Source: Octopus sinensis (lineage: Eukaryota). Taken from it: a stretch of 64,000 nucleotides of DNA. The stretch covers positions 53,072,001 to 53,136,000 of the forward strand of contig NC_043005.1 in NCBI RefSeq assembly GCF_006345805.1. The letters run 5' to 3'. The notes under the pieces are model-generated. The model saw only the letters and a program-made list of their open reading frames with translations, did not search any database and was not told the origin of the DNA. Made by a program: the position numbers and the translations under genes. Positions 51,241 to 64,000 of the stretch are shown in pieces (positions within the stretch are counted from its first letter, which is position 1; every line of letters starts with the position of its first letter).

Positions 51241-51649
51241 ACACTATGGTGTGGTAAACTTTCAGACCCTACTCAAGATTGCGAATTCTCTGTACCCCAG
51301 GATGGTTCAGCTCTCCAACCGTTAAAAGCCACCGTTTACGAAATAAGGATAACAACGTAGCTTTCATGCACGTGCAACCGTCAGTCTATCGCGTGTGGTG
51401 GGTAGATCTTCAAGTCGCCACACGCATGCTTAGTAGCTTAGAGTATGCTCGAATTAGAGATTATTCTTTGTGGTTAATGGCGTGAGTCCTGATTGGAAGA
51501 AGAAGAAGAAGAAGAAGAAGAAGAAGACAACCACCAGCAATATTTTCTGTACAACAGTAACTACTAAAAGAACACCGACAAATTAAGCAGTTAGAAATAA
51601 CAAACTGCCCTTAAAAAGTATCTTTTATCTTAAAAATGTAGAAACCTCG

Positions 51650-51820
51650 TCGAGCTGGCAGAATAATTAGCACGCCGGGCAATATGTTTTGCGGTACTTC
51701 ACCCGTCTACACGTTCTGGTTTCAAATTCCGCCGAGGACAAATTTACCTTTCCTAAATTAAGTACCAGTTGCGTACTGGGTTTGATGTAATCAACTACAC
51801 CCCTTCTATAGTAGAAAGGA
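51650..51820 (+). mobile_element. SINE family A, internally deleted
   Basis: Head and partial core. Confidence 0.75.
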
Positions 51821-52201
51821 TCTATTTAGGTTATTGTGTCTAAATAATAAAACGTCTAGTCACGAGTGGAACGTGTTAGATTATAGCTAACTTCGATCGG
51901 ATTAATTTAGGGGTGAAACCACAGCAATGAGATTGATCTTTGACAATACAGCTATAAGTTCGAATTTCAATTGAATATATTGTTTCATAGAAATTTTATT
52001 TTACTTAACATATAAAAATATATAAATATAAAACTTATGTGGAAAGTTGTAAAATAACATATTATGGCTAGAAATATGTCATATTAAACAAGTCAATAAT
52101 TTGTTCCAGATACTGTGAAAACGCATGAAACATACATAAAGCTTAACAGAGTAGAACAATAAAATAAAAATAAAACCAAACACAATATGTGTGTGTGTAT
52201 G

Positions 52202-52232
<31 letters not shown>

Positions 52233-52292
52233 ACATACATACATATATGTGTGCATGTGTGTGCGTATGCACATATACATACATACATACAT

Positions 52293-52374
<82 letters not shown>

Positions 52375-52409
52375 AATAAAGATAGATAGAGAGAGAGAGA
52401 GAAAGAGAG

Positions 52410-53245
52410 AAGGTGCAGTGAATAACCTGTCGTCTAAATTATGCAAAAATGAAAATAACACTAAAATTACATAAAAATATCTTGAAATACTAAAGAGTAA
52501 ATTTAATCTATAAATTTACTCTATAAATTGGCTTCAATCACGGCTTCCAGACGACTTGGGAATTTTCTGTAACTCTTCTGGACGGTTCCCGGGTATAAGT
52601 TGGTGAATGCTGACATGATCATTGCTTTCAGTTCATCTTTGGTGTTAGAAAGGGTTTTGTTGGTCTCTCGCTCAACTGCACCCCACACATAATAATTAAG
52701 CGGGTTGCAGTCGGGGGGAATTAGGTGGCCAAATCTTAGGGGTGATGTGGTCATAGAAATTGTCTGACAGCCATGACTGGATGCTCTTGCTTTTGCGGCA
52801 TGGTGCAGAGTCCTGTTGCCACACATAGGATTTTCCAGCAGGCACACTCTGCTTCCAGGCACATGATGTAGGTTTTCGTGTTGAGTCTGAGGCCGTGTGG
52901 GAAGATGAGTGGAGGCATAACTTCGCCATCACTCGTGATCACTCCAAACACCATGATGTTGACTGAAAGTTTGATTTTCATCACTCTCGGTGTACATGTC
53001 CTCCGATTTGAACCCAAACACTCTGAAATGTTCGTATTGGAGCCTCCGGCGCGAATGCCAAGCAGTACAGCATGTTGTTTCCAAATTTCTGGCAGAGTGA
53101 ATTGCGTCATGGTGCTGTTTTTTCTCATAGACGGTGCCCAACTGACCCTACTATACTATGTAGCGGACCAAATCAAAAATAAACAATACGCATGCGTACA
53201 AATAAAAAATATAAAATGGTATAATTCACCCATCGCACACTGTAT
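52410..53245 (-). mobile_element. Internally deleted maT/DD37D transposon, copy 1
   Basis: VNIMVFGVITSDGEVMPPLIFPHGLRLN...YVWQQDSAP...WPPNSPDCNPLNYYVWGAVE; 37 residues lie between QQD and the third catalytic position, which reads N here. Confidence 0.85.
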
Positions 53246-53269
53246 ATATATATAATCTATATATATATA

Positions 53270-53324
<55 letters not shown>

Positions 53325-53369
53325 TATAGTATATATATAATAAAGATAGATAGAGAGAGAGAGAGAAAG

Positions 53370-54205
53370 AGAGAAGGTGCAGGAATAACCTGTCGTCTAA
53401 ATTAATGCAAAAATGAAAATAACACTAAAATTACATAAAAATATCTTGAAATACTAAAGAGTAAATTTAATCTATAAATTTACTCTATAATTGGCTTCAA
53501 TCACACGGCTTCCAGACGACTTGGAATTTTCTGTAACTCTCTGGACGGTTCCCGGGTATAAGTTGGTGAATGCTGACATGATCATTGCTTTCAGTTCATC
53601 TTTGGTGTTAAAAGGGTTTTGTTGGTCTCTCGCTCAACTGCACCCCACACATAATAATTAAGCGGGTTTCAGTCGGGGGGTATTAGGTGGCCAAATCTTA
53701 GGGGTGATGTGGTCATAGAAATTGTCTGACAGCCATGACTGGAGCTCTTGCTTTTGCGGCATGGTGCAGAGTCCTGTTGCCACACATAGGATTTTCCAGC
53801 AGGCACACTCTGCTTCCAGGCACATGATGTAGGTTTTCGTGTTGAGTCTGAGGCCGTGTGGGAAGATGAGTGGAGGCATAACTTCGCCATCACTCGTGAT
53901 CACTCCAAACACCATGATGTTGACTGAAAGTTTGATTTTCATCACTCTCGGTGTACATGTCCTCCGATTTGAACCCAAACACTCTGAAATGTTCGTATTG
54001 GAGCCTCCGGCGCGAATGCCAAGCAGTACAGCATGTTGTTTCCAAATTTCTGGCAGAGTGAATTGCGTCATGGTGCTGTTTTTTCTCATAGACGGTGCCC
54101 AACTGACCCTACTATACTATGTAGCGGACCAAATCAAAAATAAACAATACGCATGCGTACAAATAAAAAATATAAAATGGTATAATTCACCCATCGCACA
54201 CTGTA
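53370..54205 (-). mobile_element. Internally deleted maT/DD37D transposon, copy 2 (direct duplicate)
   Basis: Near-identical to copy 1 including the flanking GATAGATAGAGAGAG; period about 960 bp. Confidence 0.85.
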
Positions 54206-54218
54206 TATATATATATAT

Positions 54219-54268
<50 letters not shown>

Positions 54269-54272
54269 TTAT

Positions 54273-54306
<34 letters not shown>

Positions 54307-54797
54307 ATATATATATTATATATATCTATGTCAGTGCGTGTATGTGTGTAGACAGACAGACGGACAAACTGACTGATAGATAGATGATCGATAGACAAAT
54401 AGAAAGATATAGAGACAAATTTGAACCCCCGCCATTCTCATACATATATTCCAATATATTTGCATTTTTCATGAATGAAAACATATATATGTGTATGCGT
54501 ATACACTCACACACATATATGTATACACACACTCATACACACATGAATAAATAACTTAGGCTAAACAATGGTTAAATAATACTTAAGAGAAGTAATTCTG
54601 AAGTGGAGCTCTTCTTTTAGTGGAAATAATAAAGTAGATTTTACTAGACGTTTGCGATAAAACTATCTTTGAATAATAAAAACCTTTTGTATTGCAATAT
54701 CATGTTTTCTATACAAACTGGGAGACAATTGGCAAGACAAACACACTCTGACAAATACTTATGCAAACTTTGAACAATCACAACCTTTTACATTACA

Positions 54798-54866
<69 letters not shown>

Positions 54867-55009
54867 ATTTGAGTTTGTGTGTAAGTTTGTGTATTATTCA
54901 GCGCCAAATCTTTATAAGTGACTCATAGACCGATAGTTTCATGCGCGGTAATGATCAAAATCAGTTATATATTACGGCGAAACATATTACAGTATATATT
55001 CCTTTTTTT

Positions 55010-55385
55010 TTTCTACTCTAGGCACAAAGCTCGAAATTTTTAGATCGATACCAGTATGCAACTGGTACTTAATTTATCGACCCGGAAAAGATGAGAAGCA
55101 AAGTCGACTTCGGTGGAATTTGAACTCAGAACGTAAAGAGAGACGAAATACCTATTTCTTTACTACCCCACAAAGGACTAAACACAGACAGGACAAACAA
55201 GGACAGACAAACGGATTTAGTCGATTATATCGCCCCCAGTGCGTAATTGGTACTTATTTAATCGACCCCGAAAGGATGAAAGGCAAAGTCGACCTCGGCG
55301 GAATTTGAACTCAGAACGTAGCGGCAGACGAAATACCGATAAGCATTTCGCCCGGCATGCTAACGTTTTTGCCAGCTCGCCACCT
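55010..55385 (-). mobile_element. SINE family A composite (tail-1 + tail-2)
   Basis: Junction AAAGAAATA|GGTATTTCGTCT at 55147-55160. Confidence 0.88.
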
Positions 55386-56454
55386 TATACTATAGTACAT
55401 ACTACAGTATTCCCGAACTTTACTTTTCATGTTTTTTCTACTAGACACATCCATAAGTGCACACGCACGTACACACATTCATACACGCACACGTACTAAC
55501 ATGGACACTCATATATAGAAAGATATATATGACATGGTTATATGCATATAATATCTTTCTATCTATATGTCTATCTATCTATCTACCTATCTACCTATCT
55601 ATCTATCTACCTATAAAATTGCATATCTATGAAAAGAAGAGGAGAGATGAAATGCTTACTTCATTTGTTGACAGCTGTTTCGTAATGTGTATCCAGTTAC
55701 ACGAGCGACACTAAAAGCGTGCAACACACACATACATATATCGTATACACATATACAATGCACATATCTAAATACACAATTGTGATGTAACATAATAAAG
55801 CAAATTACTCATTAGAACATTTTTGGGGCTGTGGAAATCTAGCTCTGCTAAATAAATTAAAGTTGTCTTATGATATTTTAGCAGATTTGAAATGTATTTG
55901 TTAAGTTTCTACACTTTACAGATACTAGAATAACCATATGTGGAACGTATTCAAAATGAAAATAAGTAGATAAACACAACCAGAAAATGAATGCAGTAAA
56001 ATAAAAAATAAACTATTTGCTTATCAATTTGTTTATCAAACTTTAGCAGTAGAGCACCATAAAATATAAAATAAAATGATACAGGATAAATCTGTAAAGT
56101 GTAGAATAAAAAATAATATAGATATATGTGTATATATGCATAAATATATATAACATTGAAAATTACATGTATATTAAATATCACACAATACAAATTCATG
56201 GTTTACTAAAAATATTCCGCCTCTAGATGAGGTATTCCAATTACAAATGGAAGCTGAAACCAGCTCAATTTCGTTGAATCATTGATTCTTGATATTGCCC
56301 ACACTTTCTTCGCATATAGATTCGATCTTAATTACCACCTGGTAATTGTGACATATATTCTAGAGGCAGAAATGATTTTAATAAGTCTATAATTTTTGTT
56401 GTATGGTATTTAATATACCTGTATTTGACTATGTTGCTCACTTTTAATATGTAC

Positions 56455-56800
56455 TTGCTTACCAACTACATGGTTCCAGGTTCAGTCTTTGGGCAAGTGT
56501 CTTCTACTATAGCCTCGGGCCGACCAAAGCCTCGTGAGTGGATTTGGTAGACGGAAACTGAAAGAAGCCCGTCGTATATATATATATATATATGTTAGTG
56601 TGTCTGTATTTGTTCGTCCACCATCGCTTGATAACTGATGCTAGTGTGTTTACGCCCCTGTAACTTAACGGTTCGGCAAAAGAGACAGATAGAATAAGTA
56701 CCAGGCTTACAAAGAATATGTTCTGGGGTCGATTTGTTTGACTAAACGGCGGTGCTCCAGAATGGCTGCCGTCAAATGACTGAAACAAATGAAAGAATAA
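56455..56800 (+). mobile_element. SINE family B
   Basis: Family B core and tail. Confidence 0.85.
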
Positions 56801-57038
56801 AAGACTATATATAAACGTTGCGCATGACGTTGGAATTCAGAATTTGAATGTGTAAATAAAGATTGACACATTATTCTTGCCAATCGGGGTACATGTAAGC
56901 CTCAAGGTATGATTTTGTATCAATTTGTATCTATAGGAATATTCTCTTGATGAGAAGAATCGGACCGTTATATTGTTTTATATCCAATATTTTTCAATAC
57001 GGTATATATGTGTGTGTATATATGTATGTGTTCATGTA

Positions 57039-57094
<56 letters not shown>

Positions 57095-57183
57095 CATATG
57101 TATACAAATATATATTTTCACACGTGTGCATATAATCCTATATATACACATATACGTTTGTGTACATACACCTGCATACATAC

Positions 57184-57217
<34 letters not shown>

Positions 57218-58194
57218 ATTTACGATAAGATCTCCACACAGTTTCTGTCTACCAAATTCACTCACAAGGCTCGATCCCGATCTGAAGCATAAGGCAATTG
57301 TACAAACCCTTGGGCTGTGGAAGTCAACCCCATTTCACATAGATACAAAAGTGAAAGTGAGCTTCTTAACCATAGAGCCATGCTTGTGTGGTTAAGAAGC
57401 CCCCTCTATTTTGAATGAATTCTTTTGGAAGCTGCTAGTAAACGAATTAATGCTTCCACTGCAAAAAAGCTTCAACAGAAAGAGGAATGAGAAACAAGCA
57501 AAAAAATAAAAAATAAAAAATAAAAATGGTAATACAGTTATAGTCCACCATTGTTTTATTTTGTAAAAGTATATATTAATGGTGAAAGTACTCTTCCTTA
57601 AATATACTGCTGGGTCATTAACGCTCTATATCACTGTATTAGATACTGTGGACTGATGGCAGATGTACGATGAAATTTGTTGATATTTAGCGGTATATAA
57701 TTGTGTTGCAAAATAAACAATGAATATGGCGATAAATGTATGTTTTAAATGGCTATCATGACTCTTCCACGACGCAATCTTATTTTTTAATCATTTTCAT
57801 TTAGACAGTTTTGCATAAACATGATTTTGTTTTTATATCACAAGTATAATACAGTAAAACAAATCGATAGATTTGTGTGAGACACACTAAATAAGCTAAA
57901 CAAATACTCCCAACTCAAACATAATTAGTACACTAGCGTTGATGTCTTCTTATCTACTGCCTACACAAAATTTATAATCTATACTATTCAGAATAATAAA
58001 GAAGATTTGGAAAGTTACTTACAACAACATAAATATTTAACGAGTCATTTTTATACTTAACACTGTCATTCGTAAAAATTCTATACAATCACATGCACAC
58101 AACATACGCATGCGCTTTTGCACATACACACAGTTACATACATATACACTAACATGTATACACATCTAAAATGGATATATACATACCTTTCCGC

Positions 58195-58195
<1 letters not shown>

Positions 58196-58291
<96 letters not shown>
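58196..58291 (+). repeat. (CTAT)n microsatellite abutting the LINE 5' end
   Basis: About 24 perfect units. Confidence 0.97.
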
Positions 58292-58510
58292 ACAATGGAC
58301 GGACGCTAGTCATATCGGCTCCAAGTAAGTTGGCCACTTTTACATGTTTAAAACTCCTTGTTGTCAAATATTTTGTTTTAATCGTTGTGCAAATTCATTC
58401 ACTAAAAAACCTGAGAATTATTCACGTAGAATTCCGCCCCTGTATGGGCGAAATTACAAAAAAAACTTTCAAAACTTTCGTGGGTTTTTTAGCCATTTTT
58501 CATTTTGAAA

Positions 58511-60507
58511 ATGGCAACTAGAAACCACGTGGCTAGCCCGCCAGTCATGCAGAACGGTAGCAAACACTATTGCTACCACTAGCTGCTAAACATCGCAGCG
58601 TGAACACCGCTGTCACCACCATCACCACCACCAACAACAACAACAACAAATCTAACGTCGCATTCACCATCGCCGCGACCAAAGACATTAACTTAGATTT
58701 CCCCTCACTCCCCACACCACTTGTTGATGATAAAGGGACAGAGAAAGGGATTTCAAAAATGAATACAAACGAAAACATGAATGCCAGCACCACCACCATC
58801 ACCACCAACAACAACAACGAAATTGGCACAAAGCCGCCTACCAAAGACAACACCGCCAACACCAACACCACTACTACGACGTCAAATGCTACATCCAAGC
58901 CTTCTGCTGCTAATACCGCCAACACCAACACCACTACCATGACTTCAATTAACACTGCCACAATTAACACTTCTACTGCCAAATTCAAAACGAATTTTGC
59001 GGACGTAACAAAACAAAAAGAACAATTGTAACATTCACCACACAAGAGATAAACCGCACAAAGGCACTCTTCTCCAAAGAAGGAGACAAATTGCACCTTC
59101 ATATTCCACAACACATCGTGGAAAACACGCAAAAAAAAACAATAATTTATAAAGTAATAAACAAAAAACAAGAAGAACAGAAAATGCACCGCAGGAAAAA
59201 ATCGATAAATGCCTTCGTCCTGTATGGGACTCCAAGGAATATATCAGTTGGGGAAACAATTTGGTACAGTCCAAGTACGTTTCCTCAACGAAAGTTTAGC
59301 AAAACGTTTTTCCACATTGGAGCTACATTCGGACGACTTGGTAATGATACCAGTCTATTTAAACAAAAGGGTCACGAAAGTCCAAATAAAAAACATACCA
59401 TTTGATGTCGAAACACAATGGGTGGTCTCTGCCATCTGCTTTGAAATGTCAGAGACAATGTCAGAGACAAACATCCTGGAAATCGCGGTTCTAGGAGAGA
59501 AAGACTATGTGGGCAAATCAATCGAATTCCTGCTTCAATTGGATGAAGCAGCAAGAGAGAAGATACCCACCGCTATAGAACTGCCAGGAGGCTACAAACT
59601 CTATATAGTGGTAGAGGGCAGGCGACCACGCTGCTATTTGTGTGGAAGCGAAACACACTTGAAAAAGACGTGCCCAACCACTGCACACCAAGAGCAACAA
59701 CAACAACCACTACCACAACCAAAGCACTCCGGAAAAAAAGCTCTACTACCCACACCACCATCAACACAGAAGACGACAAGAGAAGCACACCAAGCTAATC
59801 CGTCATCAACCAAAACCACTCGACACCTGGAAAAATACCAACACTACCATCAACAGCAAAACCCAAAGGAACAGAAAAACAAAGAAAACACACACAAACT
59901 GATCCCCCATCCCTTATACCGCACTCAACACACACAAACACTCAACAACCAACAACAACGAAAACAACAACACAACCACTTACACAGACATACATAGAAG
60001 CCCACAACATACCCCTACCCCCTTCTGATTCCTCAGAATTTCGTCGGAAGACGAAACCAGTGAGGAATGGCAAATAGCTACAAAAGAAGGAAAATAAAGA
60101 GCAGAAACACAACCAAACCAAATGCAAACACGAACAAAGCAGGGGGAAATACATCTCCCGAAGACATTTCAAAACCCAACGCAAACAACAGCCACACCAA
60201 CACCACAAAAACATATACAGCAAACATGCTCACAGCCATAGACACCAAAAACACAAATTTGATGGAATACATCCAATCAAAAACAAACATAACAGAAGAT
60301 GACATAAAAACAAACAACCACCCATACACAACACCACCAGACCACATCAAAATAATACACATCTCCAAAAGTCTGCACCACACACTCAAAGGCATTTTCC
60401 CCAGTGCGGTTGGTAAATGCCAAAATATCTCACAAAGAAACTGTACTGGGATCTTCTCGAGGACAAACCAACGGAGGAGAAAGCAAAAACTTTCGAGCAG
60501 TAAGTAA
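58511..60507 (+). CDS. LINE ORF1 (gag-like), split by single-base frameshifts
   Basis: Thr/Asn-rich N-terminus, RRM-like segment (TKVQIKNIPFDV), zinc knuckle CYLCGSETHLKKTC (CX2CX4HX4C). Pieces at 58570-59031, 59091-59405, 59209-59997 and 60067-60507. The start at 58511 is inferred. Confidence 0.75.
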
Positions 60508-60534
60508 CCCTCTGTATTCTAATTCATTAGAACT

Positions 60535-63500
60535 ATGATCAAGATTGGTTGTGTAAATGCGCGTGGCTTGGGGTCCCCTTGGAAACAAGGGTACCTCTTA
60601 AATGACATAAAGTCACATAAGTTAGAAATCATAGCCATAAGCGAGACCAGACTCCACAATCCGCGGGCCCTAAAGACCATGTTTGGCGGACAGTTCAACA
60701 TTTATTTTTCCCCCTGTCTGCCGAGAATGGGCGGTAGTGGCACCGCGGTACTTTTTCACAAGAGTCTGGATCTCAATGTAAGGACAATATTCGTAGACCC
60801 GGAGGGTAGACTGGTCGTCCTGGATGTCGACGGCAGCAATGGGTGCGCTTTTCGGCTCGTATCAGTTTACGCACCGCCCTTAACAGGTCGGGCGGATTTC
60901 TTTCAACGTCTAGAAGTTTTCTTGGGAACGTCTCGTCCTTTACTCTTAGTGGGGGATTGGAATGCTACCTTGGACACGCATGTAGACTACGTGGGTAGAG
61001 ATAGGAATAGACGGGGATGCAAATGCCTCAGAGACCTGCTCAGACGCTTTCAACTGTCTGACAGGTTTCGACTAGACCACCCGAATGCGCCAACGTGGAC
61101 ATGGAGCAACCGCATCGGGTCGTCGAGATCGTATCTAGATAGGATACTGTGTAGGACAGTAGATAGAGATAGCATAGGATGTCCACAATTCCACATAGTC
61201 AGCTACACGGATCACAAACTTGTGACATGTACGCTAGACTTAGGTAAGACACTTAGGCAGGGTCCCGGATACTGGAAACTAAACGCGTCTTTCCCATCGA
61301 GACAAGTTTTCAGGGACCGGATTAGCACACTAGTAAAGAGGGCTTTGACGGGAGCCATCATCAACAACAAATGGTGGTTTGCCCTCAAGAGAGCAGTAAA
61401 AGCAGAAGCGATTAGGTACAGCAAAGCACTAGCCATAGATAGAAATAGAGTAGAGGGTGAGCTAGTTAAGAAGCTAGAAGAAGAAGCAATTAGAAGCGGC
61501 ATCGCATCCGACGTTTTGGCGGCGAGGTTGGCCCTCGACCAACACTTCAACGCCAAACACGAAGGATGTGCTGTCAGAGCTAGGATGCGTGCTCTAAGGA
61601 ACGAAGGTGTTGGAGCCGCGAGAGAGGCCCGGGTGGCAGAGGCGCAACAGGGCAACAAAGCCACCATTCGGTCACTGGTAGATGAACAGGGGCGCGAATT
61701 GCTCGAGCCAAGTAAAATGTGTGAGGCCTTTCAGCAGCATTTTGCCCGACTGTTCGGAACGAGTGGAGGGCAAGAACGTAGGGTGGACTTCAGTGCCTAC
61801 CTACATAGCCTACCACGACTCTCGACAAGAAAGGCAGGGTGCTGCGAAGGTGCCATCACGGCGGCGGAAGTGCGGGAAGCGATGGCAGAATGCTCGAGGG
61901 ACAAATCACCGGGTTTGGATGGTCTACCCTACGAGCTTTACAATTGTATGCCAGACTTGTTTGGAGATCTCTTGGCGGCGGTGTACTGCAACTGGCAGCA
62001 AAACGGGAGCATTCCTGGTTTTGTGAGCCGAGGAGCCGTAACACTGCTGAAGAAAGATCTAAAAGGGAAATGTAATAGATAACTTTAGGCCCATCACTCT
62101 GCTTAATGCAGACTTGAAAATTTTGGCCAAGGTGCTAGCCAAGAGGTTGGCGCTTGTCATCGAGAAACTGGTCGACAAGGCGCAAACATGCGCCGTGCCA
62201 GGCCGGACCATCCATGACAACCTCCATCTGATGCGCTACATCATAGACAGGGTAGTTAACGAACCTGGCATGGGTGGGGCCCTGATCAACTTGGATCAAT
62301 CAAAAGCCTTTGATAGGGTAGACCATCGATACTTGGAGGCAGTCCTGAGAGCGGCTGGTTTCGGTCCCGTCTTCCGCGGCTGGATAGCTGCCTTGTACAG
62401 AGGCATCCGTTCGGTAATTCGCGTAAATGGACATCTATCGAGACCTTTCGACATTGCACGTTCGGTCCGTCAGGGATGCCCCCTCTCGGCGCTTCTATAC
62501 GTATTGACTCTTGAGCCACTACTGCGGAAGCTGGCGACTCTAAGGGGCATCCCGCGAGAATTGGGATGCGGGACGAGCGTGTCTGCATACGCGGACGACG
62601 TCACCGTCATAGTGTCTAGCCACGAGCACATCGAGCTGGTGCGGCGAGACACTGAAAAACTACGAAGCGGTGACAGGAGCGAAAATCAACCGGAAAAGTC
62701 AGTGGGCTTGCGACTAGGCACCTGGAGAAGCAAGCCCATGCCGTCCACCAGCGCCTCCGTCGTGGGACGCTGGACCGACGGCCCGGTTGAGTTGCTCGGG
62801 GTCTGGTTTGGTCCGGACCTCCAAGTGGAGAAGAACTGGAACGAGATAACGAGTAGGGTGGTCACTCTCGCCCGGCAATGGGCCGAGAGGAAACTGTCCC
62901 TAAAAGGTCGAGCGGAGGTGGCGAACACGTACATCGCGTCCGTCATCTACTACCGCCTGACCGTCGTACCTTGTCCCGACCCTACCATCACCAAACTACA
63001 ACGCATCCTCTTTCGCTTCTTGTGGAAAGGATGCGTCCCGATGGTCAGGCGATCCATTTGCTGTCAACACCCGTTAAAAGGAGGGCTGGGCATGCCGTGG
63101 TTGATGATGCGCAGACACGCGCTGAGACTGCGACATCTCTGGCTCTATGTAGACGACGGTGAACAGGTGTGGTCGCCGTTTGTGAGGCACGCTTTCCCGC
63201 AGCTCGTCTCCATGACCGAACTGCAGTCGTGGATCAAAAAGAGGCCGAGGAAGGGCGAATGGCACCGCGAGTGTCGCGTTGCTCTCAAGCAACTCTGCCG
63301 TCCTGGGTCGACCTTAAGTGACTTCAACACAACCAAAGCATTCTATAGGGGTTTAGTGGAGGGGAGGTACGACGACGAGCTCGGGGCGAACCTGGACGTC
63401 GACGAGGAGTACCTGACCCGCCTGTTCGGGACGACTTTCGGGCCAGGGCCCATGGACAACTTCCAGAGATCCCTGGCCTGGCAGTGCTACCGAGAAGCGC

Positions 63501-63970
63501 TACCCGTTCGGGATAAGCTCTACAGACACGGCTCGAGAAACACGGGGCCGACCTGCCCGAGATGCGGTCAGAGCGACGAAACCGTTCTGCACGCACTCGT
63601 TCAGTGTCCAACAATTCCGACCTGTGGGCTTATGTCGAACAACTGCTGTCACGTGTGGGACGAGTCGGTTTATCAGCTGAGTCTATCGTCAATATTGTCA
63701 CGCCTCCTTCCTTCAAACGGGAAGGAAGAGCTATTTTATCATCCTTGTGGCTATGGCGAAAGAATGTATCTGGTGGACGCGTCTGAAAGGATTGGAGACA
63801 AACACTTCCTCTCTGGTCAATCTCTCATCAACTTCTTCAAGTACCACTTGAAAAGGAAAGTGAGAGTAGAGAGGCAAGTTTTGTCTAGCGAATGTTTTAA
63901 AAAAAGATGGGTGAATGTAGCAAGAATGGCACGTATGAATGACGAAGCCACCTTGAGCATAGTCCTATGA
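60535..63970 (+). CDS. LINE ORF2: APE endonuclease - reverse transcriptase - CCHC, frameshifted
   Basis: CVNARGL, ISETRL, GDWNA, YLDRI, TDHK (APE); SPGLDG, FRPITLLNAD, LDQSKAFDRV, RQGCPLS, YADD at 62588-62599 (RT); CPRCGQSDETVLHALVQC. Frameshift at about 62060-62070. Confidence 0.93.
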
Positions 63971-64000
63971 ACCCAGAAATCGAAAACAGAGAGTTGCTTA

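Larger units (their letters stand above)
58292..64000 (+). mobile_element. Near full-length Tx1/L1-clade non-LTR retrotransposon (3' UTR runs past the window edge)
   Basis: 5' UTR, ORF1 with CCHC knuckle, and ORF2 with APE endonuclease + RT + C-terminal CCHC. Confidence 0.95.

Noticed and set aside
58545-63786. Antisense and alternate-frame ORFs over the LINE (e.g. 58545-59189, 61212-61667)
   Set aside because: They are shadow ORFs of the GC-richer LINE coding strand. The exception is 63562-63786, which is part of frameshifted ORF2.

Overview
This is AT-rich, microsatellite-saturated eukaryotic DNA with no recognisable host exon. The repeat landscape suggests an octopus-like cephalopod, which is my inference and not a search result. 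Nearly all ORFs in the supplied track are translations of simple repeats. The real content is mobile DNA: at least three tRNA-like SINE families (about 30 copies or fragments), a complete Chapaev3-like DNA transposon, a full-length mariner pseudogene, maT/DD37D fragments, a complete non-autonomous Helitron, Dong/R4-type and HERO-like RLE LINE fragments, a CR1-like RT fragment, and a near full-length Tx1/L1-clade LINE running off the right edge. The most interesting part is 31.5-38.3 kb. A ~472-bp x 7.3 tandem array carries a type I hammerhead ribozyme on the minus strand of every unit, and its right edge falls at the predicted self-cleavage site. This is the architecture of a non-LTR retrozyme, a candidate circRNA-producing element. 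An adjacent foldback element carries a second, different type I hammerhead in two opposite orientations. One SINE subfamily appears to insert repeatedly at GGTATT. The ribozymes are predicted by eye from core motifs and base pairing; none of this is experimentally or database verified, and most non-terminal SINE/LINE coordinates are approximate.
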